Part shown: piece by piece, positions 58,565 to 64,000 of the stretch | Numbering within the stretch: position 1 is the first letter of the stretch | Layout of the letters: every line of letters starts with the position of its first letter | Assembly (NCBI GenBank): GCA_951406725.2 | Contig: OX597820.1 | Span: 78,802,001-78,866,000 of the forward strand | DNA from: Octopus vulgaris | Lineage: Eukaryota | DNA: 64,000 nucleotides | Direction: 5' to 3' | Notes under the pieces: model-generated | What the model saw: only the letters and a program-made list of their open reading frames with translations | Databases searched by the model: none | What the model was told of the DNA's origin: nothing | Position numbers and translations under genes: made by a program

Positions 58565-59877
58565 AGATGTATGTACATATACGTATGTATATATGCATAT
58601 ATATATATTATTCATATTACATATATATATATATACATACATGCACATACACACGTACACACATACATACATAAATACATACATACATACATACATACAT
58701 ACATACATACATACATACATACATACATACATACATAAGAAGGAAATCTTTATCTCCAACATAACGTGGATTTTGCGTTATAACACAGAATATTGCGTGT
58801 TTACCTTGAAAGGACATCTCGTATGAACTCATGGCGCATAAAAGCACTCGTATTAATATCGTTGACAGACGAGAACTATGCCGCTATTAAATATTTTATA
58901 TAGATAGATAGATAAATAGATACATACATACAAACATACACGCATACATACATACATACATACGTTTGTATGTATATGTATGTATATATATATATATACT
59001 TTAATACATATATATACTTACATGCATACACTCATGCATATTTGTGTGGGTGGGGGGGGGCGGATGTAAGTACGTATCCATGTGTTAATTATTTTGTAAG
59101 AGTCAGCTGGTGGTTAAATTCATAATTGGAATATTTTTTTCTCTCTTTTCTTTTCTTCCTTTATAGTATTAGAAACGCTAAACAATATGAATTTATGTCA
59201 GCTTCGTTTCGATTAACAAAACAGATAAAAAAAAAAAACCTTTTTAACAATGGAGACAGATAACGCGCAGTTAAGATATTCGTCACAACAGAAGCAGCAG
59301 ATGTTGGTCTCTTATATCATGGTTAAAAGTTATCTATTACTTATTATACTAACAACTCAATGAATACAGGATGTCTGTATTATTTTATTAGCTATAAAAT
59401 TAAAGATCTGCAACCATGAAATAGAAATCTATAATTGAAGGGAGGTGGGAGTATTCAATTATATTTTATTTTTTATCAAATTGAATATATTGGGCCGTTA
59501 GATAAATTCGTTCTCTTTATTCCTATTTTCTTTTTCTTTTTGTATGTTGGCACACCTTTCAAATTTCAATTTAGAACAGAGCTAAAGAAAACTAGAAAAA
59601 CACAAATGTAACACTATGATAAAGATATTTTTCACGTTAATTCAAGCAAAACATTGGAAAGGCATCCAAAGGAAAGGCGACATCACGTGATCTGGCGGCC
59701 GAGAATTAATCGCCCGTTAGCAATGTACACAGCAATGCTTATATGCACCACAAGTCCATAGGAGAGATCCTCTTATCGTAAATAATGCGGTATTCTCTGG
59801 AAGATAGATATTAGCTTTTCGTATCAATACATTACTACTGCTTCTGTTGCTATCAATTATTCTTTTATAACAATCCC

Positions 59878-59908
<31 letters not shown>

Positions 59909-59957
59909 ATAAAATGCAGAATGCTCGATTTCATTAAAATTTTCTTTCAATCCATTC

Positions 59958-60016
<59 letters not shown>

Positions 60017-60018
<2 letters not shown>

Positions 60019-60117
60019 AGCAATGAAAAATTGTAGAAAAATGCAGAATGCTCGATTTCATTAAAATTTTCTTTCAATCGAGCATTCTGCATTTTTTAAA
60101 ATTTTTTTCATTGCTTA
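60017..60117. repeat. Imperfect palindrome with a partial direct copy at 59910-59951
   Basis: AAAAATGCAGAATGCTCGATT pairs with AATCGAGCATTCTGCATTTTT; outer TAAGCAATGAAAAA pairs with TTTTTCATTGCTTA. Confidence 0.85.
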
Positions 60118-60160
60118 TCATTTCTCCACGTGCGGTCAACACAACCTCACCATTTATTGA

Positions 60161-60205
<45 letters not shown>

Positions 60206-60214
60206 TATATATAT

Positions 60215-60442
60215 TTCTTTATTGCCCACAGGAGGGCTAAACATAGAGAAGATAAACAAGGACAGACAAAGGGATTAAGTCGATTACATTGACTCCAGTG
60301 CGTAACTGGTACCTATTTAATCGACCCCGAAAGGATGAAAGGCAAAGTTGACCTCGGCGGAATTTGAGCTCAGAATGTAACGGCAGACGAAATACCGCTA
60401 AGCATTTCGCCCGGCGTACTAACGAATCTGCCAGCTCGTCGC

Positions 60443-60445
<3 letters not shown>
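60215..60445 (-). mobile_element. Family B SINE
   Basis: Reverse complement of head and core. Confidence 0.8.
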
Positions 60446-60498
<53 letters not shown>

Positions 60499-60739
60499 TA
60501 AATAAAACCCTTGATTCAATAGCACTGTGTACAAACTCTATACTTGGAATGACCAATTTTTAATACTATTGGAATTTACTCACAAGGTATTGGAATCTTA
60601 TATGCATACCATTCTTCCTAAATAATGGATCTACAAATGCAATATCCTTGCATATCTCACATCTGTTTTCTTTCCTCCACTTCACTCTCTATTTCGTATC
60701 TTAACTAAATTAACTATTGCTTAACCATTTTCTCATGCC

Positions 60740-60787
60740 GTCTCCGATGAAGGGATATAATAAATATCCTGGAAACAGCTGTAAGAC
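60740..60787 (+). ncRNA. Hammerhead-like motif (U4C variant) in probable PLE terminal fragment ~60495-60852
   Basis: GUCU-CCGAUGA-A-GGGAUAU-AAUAA-AUAUCCU-G-GAAA-CAGCUG-UA-AGAC: stems I and II pair, stem III is palindromic (ACAGCUGU). The fragment is flanked by (TA)n. Confidence 0.55.
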
Positions 60788-60848
60788 CTATTTATAAATG
60801 TTCTAAAATGTTCACAGCCATGGTTTTTTTTATCTCATTCTGAAAGAA

Positions 60849-60917
<69 letters not shown>

Positions 60918-60922
60918 ATGCA

Positions 60923-60967
<45 letters not shown>

Positions 60968-61541
60968 TGGGTTGTCGGATGAAACCGTTTTTTTTTTCTA
61001 GATTGTTTTCTACTTGCCATTATCATATGTCTAAAAAGAGGTAAAAATTTTTAATCAAATTTCAAAAACGATTGACAAAAGTTGCAGAGAAATCTTTGAT
61101 TTACAAATAAAAACCATAAAACATTGTGATGAAAATATTTTTCGTGTTAATTCAAATAATATTGGAAAAGATTAAAATAATAGAAATATATTGAACGAAC
61201 TTGTCTGACAGTCCAAAATTTTTTTAATTTAGATAATAAAATATGATATAGCGTTAAAATTTCAACTTCATAAATCAAGTTTTCACAACATTAAAAAAAA
61301 TTGAAAAAATGATTTCAAAGGGAAACAGAGTCTTTTCCTTTTTCTGAATTTAATTTTCGTTAAAACAGAAAGAAATGCATTTTATGTGATTCCAGTTTCA
61401 GTTTTTATTTCAATACAGATTTTTAATTTCTTTATTTTTCTCACTAAATTCACACCATCTTTCGATTTATGCAAACATTTCTGTCTTATCAATTCGAAAT
61501 TTCAAACCAAATAAATATATAGATGAATTTTTGGAAACATC

Positions 61542-61603
<62 letters not shown>

Positions 61604-62317
61604 TGTGTCTGTGTCTGTGTGTGTCTGTATCTGTGTGTGTGTGTGTGTGTGTGTATGTGTGTTTCATTGCTGTTCTCATCCCCTCTCTGGATATGAATCT
61701 ATCATATGAAGGACAAAAATTCTTTAACCTTAATTTCTAGAGACGACTTCAAAAAGAACTCCTCATTCGCCAACCTGAACTTGCTATGCAAATCTGAGAC
61801 TCTCGCTACTTCCCAACTACTGACCAGAAGGCAGAATATCCAAGGAATCCAACCACCCGTCCGTTCTAGTCGACCCCCACTAAATCTAGAAAAAAGAGTC
61901 TCTCAAATCTCCCGCTTCCACACCTGACATCACTTCTCTCACTTCTGGTCAGATCCCTCGGCTCTTCCCTTCTTCTCACCTCACACCTTCCGACGTATAA
62001 TCTGCTATATCACACGCCAACCTTACCAAGCGATCACTTCATGATGCCTTCTTTTCGTTTCGAAGTCATCCACCTTCCTCAGCGAATGTCGCTGCCTTTG
62101 TGACAAAGGGAAAACTCAGGTGCTGGCCTCACCTTCTTCTCGTCCCTCGTCTGAGTCCGCAACGACGCAGCACTCCGTCGCCTAATATGTGTTTATTGAG
62201 TCGAAAAACTGAAATCACTATCAAACGAGTCTTTGAAATAAGCTTCTTGAAAGAAGCGCTTTATTTAATAACAGGAATAAATCTTGCAAAAATATTTGTA
62301 TTATTTCCTTGAGTAAA

Positions 62318-62878
62318 GGCGGTGAACTGGCGGAATCGTTAGCACACCGGGTGAAATGCTTAGCGGTATTTTGTCAGCCGCTACGTTCTGAGTTCAAACT
62401 CCGCCGAGGTCGACTTGCCTTTCATCTTTTCGGGATCGATTAATTAAGTACCGGTTACGCACTGGGGTCGATATAATCGACTTAATACCTATGTCTGTCT
62501 TTGGTTGTCCCCTCTATGTTTAGCCCCTGGTGGGTAGTAAAGAAATAGGTATTTTGTCAGCCGCTACGTTCTGAGTTCAAACTCCGCCGAGGTCGACTTG
62601 CCTTTCATCTTTTCGGAGTCGATTAAATAAGTACCAGTTACGCACTGGAGTCGTTTGTCTGTCCTAGTTTGTCCACTCTGTGTTTAGCCTCTTGTGGGTA
62701 GTAAAGAAATAGGTATTTTGTCTGTCTTTACGTTCTGAGTTCAAATTCCGCCGAGGTTGACTTTGCTTTTCATCTGTTCGGGGTCGATAAATTAAGTACC
62801 AGTCAAGTACTGGGGTCTATGTAATTGACTATTCCCCTCCCCACAAATTCCAGGCCTTGTGCCTATAGTAGAAAGGAC
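62318..62878 (+). mobile_element. Family B SINE, complete, with three internal modules and 16-bp TSD
   Basis: TSD TATTTC(C/T)TTGAGTAAA at 62302-62317 and 62879-62894. Modules start at 62365, 62548 and 62712. Confidence 0.87.
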
Positions 62879-63109
62879 TATTTCTTTGAGTAAAACTTTT
62901 TAGTGCTGCGCACAGTAAGAATAAACAATTTCGCAATCAAGGTAAAAGATTTTGCTGACAAATTTTTTTAATTAACAAACATTTATTTAGTTGAGAGAAA
63001 ATTACCGGAGAACTTCCATCTAACTCTTCCAAATCTTTCTGTTAAAACTGTATTGAATCCGGGGAATCTTTTTTTTTCTTTTCGTCTTTTTATCACATCA
63101 ACTGGTCGC

Positions 63110-64000
63110 ACATAACAAGGTTTAACGGAAGCTGCTGAAGCAAGCCAGCACTCACGCAGCTTACCACGGGCGATGGCGAGGCTAAGGCGTTGAGAAAGTC
63201 AAGCACCTCAAAGGGCATCACTTGACACCGCGATGAGGCGAGTTACCAACGTTGACAAGAACTTCGTGGTTGGTGGCCCAGTCCCTTTGAACGTCTCAAA
63301 CGTCACAGGTTGAAAGACTGTCAGATCCCGATATTTCAGGGTTTTCTACGGAAGCAGCGACCCTCCCATTAACAGCAGCATGGGAGGAAGCAAAGGAGTC
63401 GCAGACTGTGGAATCTCAAATGAGGCACCTACCTCTAACCCAGGGACAAGGGGCAAGACTATCTGGTCTCTTGCCATGACTTTTGGATAACCCCGACGGC
63501 TCCAGAAATGAGGGGATATTAATCCAAGCCAGGGCCCGCTTCGTGATTAGGTTTATCTCGGTGTGGCGAGAGAAGCGACCAGCATTTAGGAGGCAAGACA
63601 GGTCCCACTCTGAATGCGATGGAGATGCGGAGGTCATCTAGACTGAGCAGACCTCCAATGTTGGCCACAACCAGGGCATCAATCCAATCCCCCGAGATTT
63701 TTCCATTAGCTGAAAGTAGACGACATCTTGAAAATTGATCAGATTGATCAAAGAGACAGTTGGAGTGGCACCTGAACGCAGATTGTCCCATATTATCCTC
63801 TACTGTAACCGGAACTGACAAACTCAGCTCTCTCCACTGTGATAGAGCTTCATCCATCTCCCTGTTGTAATTAGTCCATGTAGGAGAGGAGAGGATGTTG
63901 CCTACCAAAGGGGAGAAAGCGTGGACGGAGGAAAGAAAACAAGGAAGAGACAGAGACGAGATCTTGCGCAGACCTGGATCCCCCAAACCGTTTGGGCAAA
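63110..64000 (-). pseudogene. Degenerate CRE-like (restriction-like endonuclease) LINE C-terminal region
   Basis: LEPSGLSKSHGKRPDSL...PWVRGRCLI*DSTVCDSFA and terminal LSQRLSLAIARG. Frameshifted; continues past the window edge. Confidence 0.7.

Noticed and set aside
60966-60990. Mariner TIR-like TTGGGTTGTCGGA
   Set aside because: No partner TIR or transposase remnant found nearby.

Overview
Eukaryotic (animal) genomic DNA that is AT-rich and saturated with microsatellites ((TA)n, (CA)n, (TACA)n, (GATA)n, (AAT)n) and transposable elements. The repeat landscape and low-complexity coding style suggest a coleoid cephalopod such as Octopus; this is an inference, not a database result. The only host gene I can support is a FoxN1/4-class forkhead transcription factor on the + strand: a giant, homopolymer-rich exon (ATG 44097 to a GTAAGT donor after 46735) that breaks off inside the forkhead domain. 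I found no downstream exon in the remaining 17 kb. The rest is mobile DNA: three abundant tRNA-derived SINE families; a young, 5'-truncated Penelope-like element (PLE; RT + GIY-YIG) with an inverted copy of its own 3' end; CR1-group, RTE, R4/Dong-like and CRE-like LINE relics; mariner relics; several MITEs; and two Helitrons. The most interesting signals are (i) three copies of a short element that joins a tRNA-like Pol III head to a minimal type-I hammerhead ribozyme and a PLE-like tail, (ii) further hammerhead variants and tail-out palindromes that may be PLE integration footprints, and (iii) a 575-bp tandem array inside a Helitron whose junctions carry a 33-nt insert matching, inverted, DNA outside the element. 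Nearly all short ORFs in the supplied track are microsatellite artefacts.
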